Source: Lepidodermella squamata
Taxonomy: Eukaryota; Animalia; Gastrotricha
Length of the DNA: 64,000 bases
Assembly: GCA_047495785.1 (NCBI GenBank)
Contig: JBLDXI010000029.1
Location: 1,922,001-1,986,000, forward strand
Direction of reading: 5' to 3'
The notes below the pieces were generated by a model that saw nothing but the letters and a program-made list of their open reading frames with translations, did no database searches and was not told the DNA's origin. The translations under genes were made by a program, and so were the position numbers. Shown here piece after piece: positions 12,601 through 24,185 of this stretch. Within the stretch, counting starts at the first letter, position 1; each line of letters starts with the position of its first letter.

Positions 12601-13291
12601 TTGCCTGGGGTTGAACCTGAACTTGAACTTGCGGCAACCACTTTCTGCCTGGCAATACCCAGCACAAGTTACCGATGATCCGTTCTTGGTCACGTCGCTG
12701 TATTTCAGTTTAACGTCGCATTTGCGGACTTCTGCGGTCATTTTCGACTGAAATAGGGTTGTCCAACCTGGCTTCAGGTGTTTGGACTGACGAGCTGATG
12801 GCAGATAAGGCGCAACTTCTTCTAGCGTTAACTGGAACTCATCGACAGCCTCCGGTATTGTCGCTGGCGATTTTTTTTCCATCACCTTCTTATTCCTGAT
12901 GTTTGGAGCCTCCAATGACTCGGTCAACGAAGAGCTGTTACTAGTCGACTCGCTGCTGAGAAACTGAGGATGGTTATTTGCTATGTGCGTGTAGAGCCTG
13001 TGGCGAAGTGGACCGTCATTTTCACTGAATAGACGAGCTGCCAACCGCCCTACAACGGACTCGTGCCGTCGCCAACCTACGAATTCCATTATTAAAATCT
13101 CCATCAATTACTTATATCCCATTTTTATCACCTGAAACTAGTTGACCAGGATTTTTTTTGAAGAAATCCAGCAGCTTTTTGTCATCGATTGGCCTGTTGT
13201 CTTTGGCCCTCCGCCGAGCAGCACTGGCAGCAGGTGCCTCTAAAGACAGCATCACCAGGTACAGCAGTAACAAACCGATAGGCTTGAACAT
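6614..13291 (-). CDS. Multi-exon MULE/NOF-FB-type DDE transposase fused to USP-like peptidase domain(s); this copy is probably defective
   Basis: N-terminal GWT...C...GYC...C Zn-finger-like region. Core motifs HV(N)STG, VVTDHSFAL, LCMAH (CxxH) and TNGAVE. Then an octapeptide repeat, a USP Cys box NTCAVDS, a His box GHYV...YLLDD and a PKAPK repeat. Exons join with consistent phases except for an apparent +1 frameshift near 11930. Start codon uncertain. Confidence 0.8.
7815..8075 (-). repeat. Coding Lys/Pro-rich short repeats (PKA/PKD/PKS; KDSKPR)
   Basis: 9-nt periodic GGAGCCTT(T/G) units; translation KAPKVSRAPKAPKDPKVPKAPKAPK. Confidence 0.85.
9789..10100 (-). repeat. 24-bp coding minisatellite, 13 units (GTSTGP[M/T/I]A)
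   Basis: Unit GGACCAGTCGAGGTTCCAGCCATT on +, in frame within the transposase gene. Confidence 0.95.
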
Positions 13292-13324
13292 CACATTGCG
13301 CCCTGAAAAATATAGGTTGAATAT

Positions 13325-13409
13325 ATATCGCCATTGGGCTAATGAAACCAGCTAAGTATATAGTATTTTCCTATATACTTAGCTGGTTTCACTAGCCCAA
13401 TGACGATAT
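13325..13409. repeat. Inverted repeat/hairpin, 39-bp arms, 7-nt loop
   Basis: ATATCGCCATTGGGCTAATGAAACCAGCTAAGTATATAG-tattttc-CTATATACTTAGCTGGTTTCACTAGCCCAATGACGATAT, two mismatches. Confidence 0.9.
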
Positions 13410-14710
13410 CGACTGATCAGGACTTCAATTTTCAATTTGAAATTGAACCAAACGCAAATGTATAAAATATCGAATATTTTTTAAATAATGGCGACTACGC
13501 CGCGACCTGAAGATGAGGAACAGGCCTTTCATGTTTATTGTTTTATCAATCGTAAAATTCCAGAAAATCCAAAAAAACAGTTTTGTGAGAATTAATTAAA
13601 ACTAAAAGTAAGACCGCAAACAAATATGAAAACGGCGATAGCCTCCGGCCGACCCTCCTCGGGAATATCTTACGGGTTTCAATTTAAATGTGGAGAAAGC
13701 TGAAAAAATTAGAAATACTCTCAAAATTTCCTAAAATGCAGAATGAACATGAAGCCCGAGAGCACCCAATCTATTCGAACATGCTCAATATATATGCTCA
13801 TTTCCTGTGACTCCGAACTCCCCAATAGGCGATAATCGATAATTTAAGACACTTTTAACGTCGGCAATATCGCAGATATTACAGCCGCGATATACTGAGG
13901 TAATAATAAACAGAAAATACTTACTTTTTGGCTTTGACATCCCAATCTTCAAGGCCCTGTTAACCGTATGCATCTGAGTCACCCTCTAATGTAACTAATT
14001 AGGAGATTGAAATGTATTTATCGGTAATATCCAAAATATTTTCTAAAAAAGTGTCCGCATTTTGTAAATTGATTTTATTACAAGATTTTAAGCGTTAGGC
14101 TCGAGAAAGGTGGGGGCGCATAGTAGGCTGTAGTAGGATAAAATTAAAGAGCTGCATCGTCAATTTCGCTTTTTTGAGAGAAAAAACGGTGTTTTTCACA
14201 AAATATAAGCAACGTATTTCTTTAAACACCGCAAAATGACCTCGATCAATTCTGCGAATTTCTTTAGTCGCCTATGCCCCCATACTCATTAGCAAGAATA
14301 GGCCAAACAAATCTGTCGGTCAGTACGCCTGCGCGTACGCGGGAGGGGCTTTATTGCGTGTAATAACTTTCGAAGAAGGCGCCCATTTTATTAGCGCACA
14401 CCTGTTATCGGCAATCACTTGTAGTAGTGGCGGCTCAATGTATAATAAAGCCCGTCGATAATTAGTAGACCAAATTGTATGTGGCAAATATTTTCATCTC
14501 AGCATTCTGTAATTGTAATGTCATGTAAAAAAAGAAACAGCAGAGAAATCAGCAGAGAATCGGATAAAATCGCCTGTGAAAGCGCATTCTGCTAACCGCT
14601 AAAATTGAAAATATATTGAAAAAATATATCCATATATTATTTCGGCTAATTTCAGTAACGTCTTAAATTATCAAATTTTATTGCCTAGAACTGCCCTGCT
14701 GACAGAAGGT

Positions 14711-15481
14711 GTTTTCGACCACGCCCGATCGATTGGCGCTTCCTGCGCTACTGGCACAGGCACACCTGGGGTCACAGGTCACGTGACAAGCCAATTTTCG
14801 CGGTTTTTCCTCATAAATCAGGCAAAATAACCGATTTGCCGGCTCCGGTTACGCAAACGGACTTGAAATTCGTGATCAGGGCCAAAAACTGGTCTAGACG
14901 GTCATTTCATAATGCCTGGCACACAATCCTGCAAGGGTGGTTGACCCACTTTTTGTTGTAGTCACCCTGCGGTGCTAAAAATTGATATTTTACGGTATTT
15001 TGGCTACGTTTTCCACACTCGATTTTGATTGCATTGGGCTGTCAATTGGTAAACTAGGGTAATCGACCCCGCTCTATCGATTGGTTGATCCTGCATTGCC
15101 GGCACAGGCTCACCTAAGGTCAAAGGTCACGTGATAGGTCATTTTATTGCTTATTTTCACAAATAATGGCACAAATCGAATTTTGCGCAGATTGGACACG
15201 CAAGAGGATTGCATATTCGTAATCGGCGCAAAATTCTACCCCAGTCCACCAAGTTTTATGACTGGCACAGTATCCTGCGAGGTTAATTTAGAACAGGGCG
15301 CGTATACTGTGACCCTTAATTGCGTCAATCGTTAATTACTTGATGAAATCGATGCGGCAATCTCTGGAATACACCTGGTTTATCTAATTAGGTCCTCAGA
15401 CTGATGGCACAAGGGTGGCACAAGAGCGAAAATGAGCGGAACACAATCCTGCAAGATACGTCCTGCTAGCTTCAGCCGGGT
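14711..15481 (-). repeat. Right TIR of the MULE
   Basis: Reverse complement of 5356-6126. Confidence 0.95.
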
Positions 15482-15702
15482 ACGGGAAACGCTGTATTAA
15501 GGTAGATTTCGGATTTTGTAGGAATTTCCTGTATCGCTATAGTCTCGAATACGATGAATATTTGTTTATTTTATTAACAGGAAATCAGCACTTCAGCTGC
15601 AAATTTGCCGAATTCAGCGAAAAACCACCAATATGTAACTCGCTTATTTTTATTGATTTATTAAAAAGTTTAAAATCCATCTCATTTTATTGCCAAAATA
15701 AA

Positions 15703-16580
15703 TCACAATTTATGAAGAATCGCTAGATTGGAAATAGCGTAAAACGTCGACGCTACCGCTGTTATGAACGGCGTAAAATGCGCAAAGAACCAGATAAAAA
15801 TCAGCGCTGTCACAAAAGCGGCCACCTGACCTATCAGCAGCAGCAGTATATGGCTCAATTTCGACATCAACTCGCTCAAATTTTGCTTTTCCATCAAATT
15901 ACTCTTAAAATTCAACATCCGTCGAGCGTTAACTTTCTGCGACTGCAGTGTTGTTAAATAGAGAACAGCCATTTGAGCGATTAGCATGGCGATCAATAGG
16001 GTGACTAGACGAAGCGACGCCGAGTCGGCTAGGCAGTCGGGGAAGAAGAACACTGGGTCGACGAGGTAGCCGAATAGTGACCATTGAAGCGTGACGAAGG
16101 CCACGGCGAGTAGAGCCCAGAATGCGATGGACCAAATCGCGAAAATTCGAAATCGATTGTGAGGATTTTCTTCATCTGAGATCGATAGGAATCTGGCTAT
16201 TAAAGACCCGCTGCTTAGGACGTAGCCGAATGCCAGGGTGAATACAGCTATAGGCAGGGTGCACAGTTCCACGGCATATTTCGCGGCTGCTTCGTTTAAA
16301 ATGATGGTTAGAAAAACGCTGATCAGCGTCAAGCAGTTGCCGATGAGTAATAAACAGGTGAGAGGTCGATTTTTGATTAATGAATCGGTGTTGAGCGGGA
16401 ATTTTTTGAGTAAATCGGATGGAATTTTTTCGTGAAAGGCGACAATCACGGTCATTAGGATGGCTCGGAATATGCTGAAAAATGTGGCAACTAAAAAATA
16501 AAATACGGAAAAAATTGTTATTTACAATGACAAAATCAGGTAATAGCTCTAATGAATCTAATAACATTATATTGTATCCG
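15703..16580 (-). CDS. Multi-pass membrane protein, serpentine chemoreceptor (Sre/Srab-like); 5' part out of frame, possible pseudogene
   Basis: Several hydrophobic segments. The loop 'NARR...SNLMEKQNLSE' resembles the Sre-class 'L.ERYQ..EN' motif. The upstream coding-like stretch lies in another frame across a T-run near 16495. Confidence 0.45.
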
Positions 16581-16811
16581 GTAATGGGAACAGGCGGATA
16601 CAACCACGGATGTTCACCTGAAAGCCAGCTTAAGGCTTTATACTTTATAGATGCAGCGTATGTGAAGTCGATGGATATTAGTGAAAATTAAATATTTCAA
16701 GATAATTCCAAATTTGATGTTTTGGCCAAAATCCTTGAAGAAGAATTTCAAATTTCGCCTCGAACCCTATAATTTTAAAAATTCTCGAATTCCATGAACA
16801 AGTCCTATCTA

Positions 16812-18148
16812 CACTCTTATGAAATCAACGGTCCTGACCGCGGAGAGAGCGGTCCTTTTCTGTTCAAATACTCAGGCCCGTAGACGAATTTAGTTATATT
16901 TCGTCAACGGAGAACTCAGCCTAGGAATTTCACCTCTTCCTTGACGCCGCTGTAACTGATAATTTCAAGCGCTGAAACAAATAAATCAGGGCGTTGAATA
17001 TCCACAAAAATAAATTTTAACGCTTTGCGTTAATAAGTACTTGGGAAAAATTCTGAGACTCAAGTCCTATTAAGAGATCTAACGCTGTAAAATAAAAATT
17101 CCTAGGGAGAGAAAGGGACACCTATTGTTACGAAACAAAGCTGGACACAAGACCACGTCGCCTCATCATTCCTTCTCATTACTTAATTTTTGTCTCTAAA
17201 ATCGAGGAGATATTTTTCTTGAGATCTGAATTTGAGATTTTGCTGCTCTAACCTCTGATTTTTCGGCGATTGGCGTGGTGATGGGGATTTCAAGGTGCAT
17301 TCAGTTGATACCGCAGGGCGCGCTGATTTTGCTTCAGGTTAATTGCTGAATTTATGAATTTTAACCTAATTTCTTTTGATTTCGGTCGATTTGGCTAAAT
17401 TTTGCGGTAATTTATGGCTCGTTTACTGTCAATCGGCGAAGAAGAATGAAGCATGAAGGGCGCTGAATTTGCCTTGCACTGCAGCCGATATCGATTCTTT
17501 CAAATTCGATGAAGATTGAAATCATAGCAAGCCAACTGGGGCTAACGAAGCTAAAACTTCGAACATCAAAATTGACCGAACCAAAAAGTCTCAAACATGA
17601 TAATAGTCCCATTGTTCTCGTTTTCTGCCTAACTGCACCTTTTTGACTTGCATGTTCATTGATTTGCAGAGCAAATTTCAAAGCCTTGAGGGTCACGTGC
17701 GCATTTATTGTTCAGACTTTCATAAGTTCATAAGTTCTCAGTTCTCATTTCTCGGCACGAAAAGATTGGCACGGACAACCAAGGCCATTGAAATTCGCTC
17801 TGCTAATAATGCTATTGAGTTTGTAGTTATACCTAAACGTAAATAATACTTCATTCGACTATAACTCATATTTTCGGACTTAATAAAATTGAAATTGCTC
17901 AAATTTTGAAATTGAGTTTGAACCGGTGGGAGGGAGGGGCAGGAGAGAAATGTATAATATTAAACGCTCATAATTATTATAAATATTCAGCACATGCATT
18001 ATTTAAAAAATTCAGCGTTTCACGATATTTCTTGAAAATACCTACCGCTAATATTCGTGAGATCAGTCCTAAAAGTTTCAGCGTTAAATATGAATCTGTT
18101 CCAGCGGTGCGTTTTCTAATGGTCAGAACCGTTGATAAATTAAGAGTG
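16812..18148. mobile_element. Non-autonomous DNA transposon, CAC-terminated, TA flanks (CMC-type or Tc1/mariner-type)
   Basis: Imperfect ~28-bp TIRs CACTCTTAtgaaATCAACGGTcCTGACC / GGTCAGaACCGTTGATaaatTAAGAGTG, with TA on both sides (16810-11, 18149-50). Confidence 0.75.
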
Positions 18149-18509
18149 TAGAGCATCTCGCGATTTTGCCACTACGAACTGATTACCGCATTTGTTCCTA
18201 TAGCAGCCAGGGTTACTAAAATTTCAATCTCGAAATTTCGAAAATTTCAAAAAATAATTTTAGGTGAATCGTTCATTTTTGATTTTATCGAACCGACTTT
18301 TTTCACTTAAAAAATTGATTTTCAAGTCATCTAAAGTCATTTTTTCAGACGAAAGAGCCAAAAGCACCGGCTTTTATTACTCAAAAAAATATTACATTCT
18401 GACAATTAATTCGGCGGCTACATTCAAGCGCAACGCGACGCAAGGTTGAATTTCTTTTGATTTTATGCCAATTTTCTTGCTAAAAAATAGAATTTCACGA
18501 ATTTTAGAT

Positions 18510-18794
18510 GGGTCTTACTTTTAGCGGAACCAAATTTGCCTGTAAGCGGAGCCCAATTTTGGAATTTTCAATGGGTTTAGAACCCATTTTCGAAGCTTTT
18601 AAGGATGTCCTGATGGATCGGCATAATTTAAATTAAATTATTTTTGAATTCAGCGTGGAATTCTGTATAAGACGCATTTATCACTATATAGAATTCATAA
18701 CCTGCCTTAATTTTTAGTGGAAATACTCGAAAAGCGACCTTCTTCTCGTTTAAAATTAGGTCATGCGGATTTGGTTCCGCTAAAAGATATTCCG
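18510..18794. mobile_element. MITE, probably MULE-type
   Basis: Inverted core CTTTTAGCGGAACCAAAT / ATTTGGTTCCGCTAAAAG; 9-bp direct repeat ATTTTAGAT at 18501-18509 and 18795-18803. Confidence 0.7.
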
Positions 18795-19966
18795 ATTTTA
18801 GATGGGTATGGCGACAAATCCGTGCGCGAATATTGCGTCCGTAATGATTATTTGAATACACTGCTCAACCGCCTTAAAATACTTATTATGACTCATGGCA
18901 AGGGCGTTTAAATTGGCGTGCGTACTGGTCGAGAGCGATCATGTCGCCTTTTTAATTTATTAATGAAAAAATTGTTGACACGCCTATTTCCCCGCTGAGG
19001 ATGAAGGGGTTTCAAGCCTATTCTGGAAAGAAAATGTTATAGAAAAAATTCTAAAAATTAAAAATATTCTCGTAACGATGGGCCCAAGTGATTTTTTAAA
19101 ATTCATGCGCTGAAGCTTAACTCGAAAATGCGGCCTGCGGATGGTTTCGCGCCATATCTCCTCTGTGTAATAACAGCGTGAATATAAAGCGAACGCCTTA
19201 TAATTAAACAAGAGATGCTACGTACTTTCTCATATAGCTAGCTAATTGCTGCGAGTTATTCATACCACGCCGGACAGTAATAAAAGCTATAAAGCGAGGT
19301 CAACGCAATATGACGCCTATGGCACTGTCACACGAAATGTCGTATTTATGCTCACCTTTAAAACAAAACGCTAGTGCGCTGAACACGACAGCTGAGTCGA
19401 CATCAAGGGCCATGATTGTGGTAAATTTCTTCTTCTCGTATTTCACTGCTATATAGATGTGTACGTATACAGAGGGAAAAGCGAGTAATGGCTATATAGA
19501 GGAGAAGTGCCCCAATATTATTTCGCAGAAATGTTGCGAAAATAATTGTGATAAACAACTGGCTACGTCGATCGTATTCATGCATTAGTCATTATTTCAT
19601 AGTAGGGCTGATATATTGATTTGTTCACGTGAACCTACAACTTGGGCATCGCCATAAAAATTGCAGCTCGATAATTAGTCCAGCAATCAATAAAAGAGAA
19701 ATTTCACATCTTGGTTTATTTTAAATAGATTATATATTGGTCTTGCACAGCTCTCTTGTTAACGGAAGCCATTTTTCTCATGATTGAAAATAGAAAGAGA
19801 CTCATTTTAATACCTATAATATTAGCCAGCACTTGGTGCTGAATTTCGTTAAATTGTAATTTATATATACAAAACAAAATAATACTTTTTAAAAGTTGTT
19901 TTCTAATAATGGAGTATTACACGCATTGTTTTCTGAAGAGTGTAGATTAGTTAATATAGAAGGCTT

Positions 19967-22900
19967 TTAGAGTAGCGATTGGTCGCTCAAGGCAGCGGCG
20001 GTTGGGTCGGGCGGCTGGCGGCCGACGCCGACCGATGGTGAGTTGAAGTCGCACTTGTGCGTGGTCGAGTTGTCGGGCGCGGAACCGAACATGTAGCCGA
20101 CGTAGATGAACGACGCCATGAATAGAAACACGTGCAGAAACAAGATGACCCGGTCGGCGATGCGCGCGAATACTGAAATAGAAAATGGTGGACACTACAT
20201 AATATTTTAAATTTTAAATTTTTGCGGTTATAACAGAATAATATTCAATTATTAGGAAATCAATTTTGCAAAATTTATTATTAAATTAAATAAAAAAATC
20301 TTGAAATCCGGTAAAATGCTGAAGAGGTAATTTTCGTGTATTTATTCAAGCAATATTTTATTTCAATTCACGCGGTTTTTTGAAAAAATCGACCTTGAAT
20401 CTTTATCAATTATCGAAATGTTGGAAAAAAAACTTGGCGTGACCCCAATATCAGCTGCGTAATTTTATGCTGAAAATGTGTTGGCCTAGGTTAAAATCAA
20501 AAGATTATTGCCGCAAATGTGATGACCTCGTCTGGTGACCTACATTCTCCCAGTGCGCGAAAGTGGGTCATCTCCCCATTTTAGGCTAGCTTTCCAAGAA
20601 GAAAATGTCAGTAATTTCAACTGAATGATTTCTTAGTTTTATCAATAAAAATGATGAACAAAAGATCCTCCATGACTCACATAGACCTGGAGAGCAAAAT
20701 TATAGCAATTGAACGAATAAAATACGAATAATTTTTTAAACAATAAAATGGAAGTATTTTCAACTTACATCGCCACTCATTGATGCAGCTATCATCGACA
20801 GTCTTTTTGCGAACGGCATGTTCGTAGAATCGCCTGATAGCCGCAACAGATCGTGATAGTGTTCGAATATCGTTCGCCATTCTCGCTAAACTTTTCGCCT
20901 GTTTCTCACCGGTACCAAGCGAAGACTCTGAATAACTCTGCGCCACCCCGGCATCGGCACTGCTAATCAACGGCGATTGATCACCTATGCCCATGCCGTT
21001 AAGTTCCGTATCGTTACTAGCAGATCTGACTGCTGATGATGTTGAGTTGGAGTAGTTGACTAGCGTAGTGCTGAACAGGCTTGAATCCGTGTTTAGAGCT
21101 TCGACTCGGTGGCCCTTGTTCGCCTCGAGTACGGCCTCGACTGTTTTCGAGTCGACGTCGACGAGGAAAGCGAAGCGGCGGATGAAGGCGCGCGACAGCC
21201 GGCTGGTTCGCCGCGATTTGCAGTTGAGATCGTGGTAGAAGGAACGAATTATCCACACGCTGAGAACTATGCTGACCGCCGAGGCGGCCATGAACGACGC
21301 TAGGTAGATCGCAACCAATGGCACCGAGTCGGAAGTTTTAGGCCTGGAAAATGATCCAATTTCAGGATTAATAACTAATTTAAAACCACCTAATTATTTC
21401 AGCCAAATATATACCCAGCAGTCCTCCGATTATTTTTTCGTGACTCGACAGTGTCTGCCACTGGAAAAAAATTGCGAAAAAGTGTACGCGAAGTTGGATT
21501 TTTTTAATTTGTTCGTTTCTTTCGCTAAGCTGCTGTACATTGGTTCGAAGTTCGCAAAATTCGCGAAACTAGTTACTACGCGATTGAAAAATCACAGATG
21601 CTATTTCCTAAAGCTTAAAGGCTGACGTCTTCAATGCTGTTCTAGGGGTCTTTAATATTGCCTTTTATAAAATCAAGGAAACCAAAAATAAGATTAGAAT
21701 GCGAGCGAAGCGAGCCGATTTTTCGGCAATCCGCCTCTGAAAATTCGAAAAATGAGCATCTCGATACTGGTTTTTCTCTAAAAAGGAAGGAATTTTAGGT
21801 CTCTTTCTACTTTCCTTCCGGACAGATTCCAGATTCCAGATCATTGAAAATTGGGTCGAGAGAGAATGGGAACTGTTGGCTTTAAAGAATGGAAAATAAA
21901 AGGAAATTGGATATCAGCGAGCGAAGCGAGCAGAATTTTCGATATAAAAGCACGAAAATTGCGAATTTTTAACTCGAGAAATCCCTAAAACTGGCTGGCT
22001 TCATAAGGTCTTATTAAAAGTGTACACCGATTAACTATACCCCTACCCCTTTTCTCAATGGCTTTAATAAGGAATATTTGTGTGTGTCTGCCACTGAGCG
22101 TGGTCCAGTGGGCAAAAATCGGAACACTGATACCCAGGAATGTATTAAGGACTCAATTTAATGTTAACCTTTGAGCAATATACTTTCCACTTTTTAAAAG
22201 TAAACAATTTGGACCTTCGACTTCGATATCGAACATCAATATTGATCCTCACAGAACTTTTTAAACATCAGTCTAGCGGCAGCGCTAAAAAATTTAAGAG
22301 CCGAAACATTCGAAGGTTATTCAGTATTAAAAATTTCAAGGTGGATTCCCAATCGATTTTAATACTATTTTTTGCAAATGTCTCAAAATTAGCCGAAATT
22401 TAAAAAATTGCGGAATTTAATAGCCGGATCATTTTGAACATCTCAAATTGTTCTTGAATTTTTACAACTCATTTTGGAATAAAGAATGATAGCAACTTAA
22501 TTTTCTTAACTAAGGTCTCTGATGAGTCTCTTGGCCGAGACGAAACGTATACGTCAGACTAGCCATATTGATTAATTTTCTTAAATGCATAAAAGAATAA
22601 TTGTTCGGAAATTTCCTGGGCTTCTAAAACTTTTGATAATTTACATAGCTTGGAAATTTCTAATTGGTAATGGGCTACGAATTGAAAATGCAACGAAAAA
22701 TTAAAAGATTATCATTTCCTAATTCCCTATAATTTAAGATTAAGCTTTCCTAAGTAAACACTGGAAGAAAACCCTTAGAAACCTTTTTCCAGCTTTTCCC
22801 ATATAATTAATATGTTTTTTAGGATGAAATGGCTTACATGTTCTCGGCGATCATGAGTAAAAAGACACTAAATGAGAGTAGAATAGTCATTGCTAGAGAC

Positions 22901-24185
22901 ACCTTCTCGCCGGCCTCCGGAGGCAGCCAAAACACCTATCAGAAAAAGGTTCAATTACAAATTACTGCCAGTTCGAATATTTCCTAAAACTTGCAATAAA
23001 AACGAGAACGGCAAGCACAACGCAAGGCGTGATCATGTGAGTAATGTAAAATTTCGGCTTCCTGTTCAGTTGAATTTCGAAATGCACCGACCAGAAGCCA
23101 TCTGGCGACGAAACGTTGTACAACGCGAGAACGTGGCATGCTGTCGTGTCTAGAAACATCGGCATAAAATAGCCATTTTCGGTTAAAATTCGGAGAATAT
23201 TACTAGAAATGTTCCACTCGCCGTTCGGCGTGAAATCTTCGAGATTTATCGTTGGTTTATCGGCGAATAATCGCATCTGAATCAACGCAACACATCAATA
23301 TCGAGTCAAAATTTGGCTGAAACAACATGTAACCTTCACCTTTTTGGCTGTGTGGGAATAGCTTTGAAAGCTTAGTACGCAGGCCTAAAAATCAAGAATT
23401 TTTCGTTAATTTCTGGAAATTGAATAAATGAAACCTGTCGGTCCCATGGGTAGTAGAAAAGCGAAAGGCGGCAGCTTGAAATGAACTGATTGCCAACATC
23501 CCAATGAACCTCGCCGTCGTAGCTGACCCGAACGAAAAATTCAGACCGAAAAGTTGGATCATACAAACTTCTCGCACTGGAAAAAAAATAAAAAATTCCA
23601 AAAAATTTCAACAAATTTCAAAATTAATTACTGATTATCAAGACCGAAGATTGGAACCCATACTAAATTTGCTGAAATTAATTTAAATTAAAAATGAATT
23701 TTTAAGAATTTTTAGAAATTACCAGGAATTTCTAATGTTTTCAGATTGCCATAACGAGCCGGTATCCATTTCAGCCGATCATCATGCCATCTAACGGTTA
23801 ACCAGCCAGTCGTAGTTAACACCTGCGTCTTCTCATCCAGGGCGTTGATTTGCATCAATGAAAATTCGAGTGACACAAAAATCGGCTGCGTGCAATTTCG
23901 ACACGGCCGCGCCCACGGTGTGTAATTCGCTAACAAATCAGCCGCCAGGCGCTGTTCGGGAAAATCGGCTGTCATGTCAACCCCGGCGTCTAGAAAGCCG
24001 CCTCCGACTAGAAGTGGGGTTGAAATTGTCGACGAAGAGCTGTCGTCTGGGTTTAGCCGGCTCAGGTAGCGTGTCGATGACGGTTTATCGAACAGGGCGC
24101 CGCTTGCTAGGCACAGTGAGACGAGACATAATTTAAGGTGGGCGATGGCTACCAGTAATCGGCAACTCCGATTAACACCTAACAT
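19967..24185 (-). CDS. Cys-loop ligand-gated cation channel, nicotinic acetylcholine receptor-like non-alpha subunit
   Basis: Signal peptide, RP..N, DEK.Q, W.D.RL.W, Cys loop C-RLSLFYYPWDRQA-C, NGEW, R.P.FY, M1, GEKVSL M2, PKTSDSVPL M3, EW....DR M4; no vicinal CC. Exons about 24185-23723, 23671-23632, 23576-23435, 23384-23340, 23276-23204, 23149-22995, 22935-22838, 21343-20769, 20172-19967. Confidence 0.93.
21419..22129. mobile_element. hAT-type MITE in a nAChR-like gene intron
   Basis: Termini CAGTccTCCGATT / AATCGGAacACTG; 8-bp TSD ATACCCAG (21411-21418 and 22130-22137); internal GCGAGCGAAGCGAGC motifs. Confidence 0.8.
22514..22560 (+). ncRNA. Minimal type I hammerhead ribozyme
   Basis: GGTCT-CTGATGA-GTCTC(ttggcc)GAGAC-GAA-ACG(tata)CGT-C-AGACT: complete catalytic core, stems I/II/III, GUC cleavage triplet (cut after 22555). 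Confidence 0.92.

Larger units (their letters stand above)
5356..15481 (-). mobile_element. Mutator/Foldback (MULE, NOF-FB-like) DNA transposon, 10.1 kb
   Basis: 771-bp TIRs (5356-6126 and 14711-15481; only two mismatches noticed), 9-bp TSD ACGGGAAAC (5347-5355 and 15482-15490), internal DDE transposase gene. Confidence 0.93.

Noticed and set aside
13505-13535. CTGAAGATGAGG as another hammerhead core
   Set aside because: No stem II closure followed by GAAA, and no cleavage triplet.
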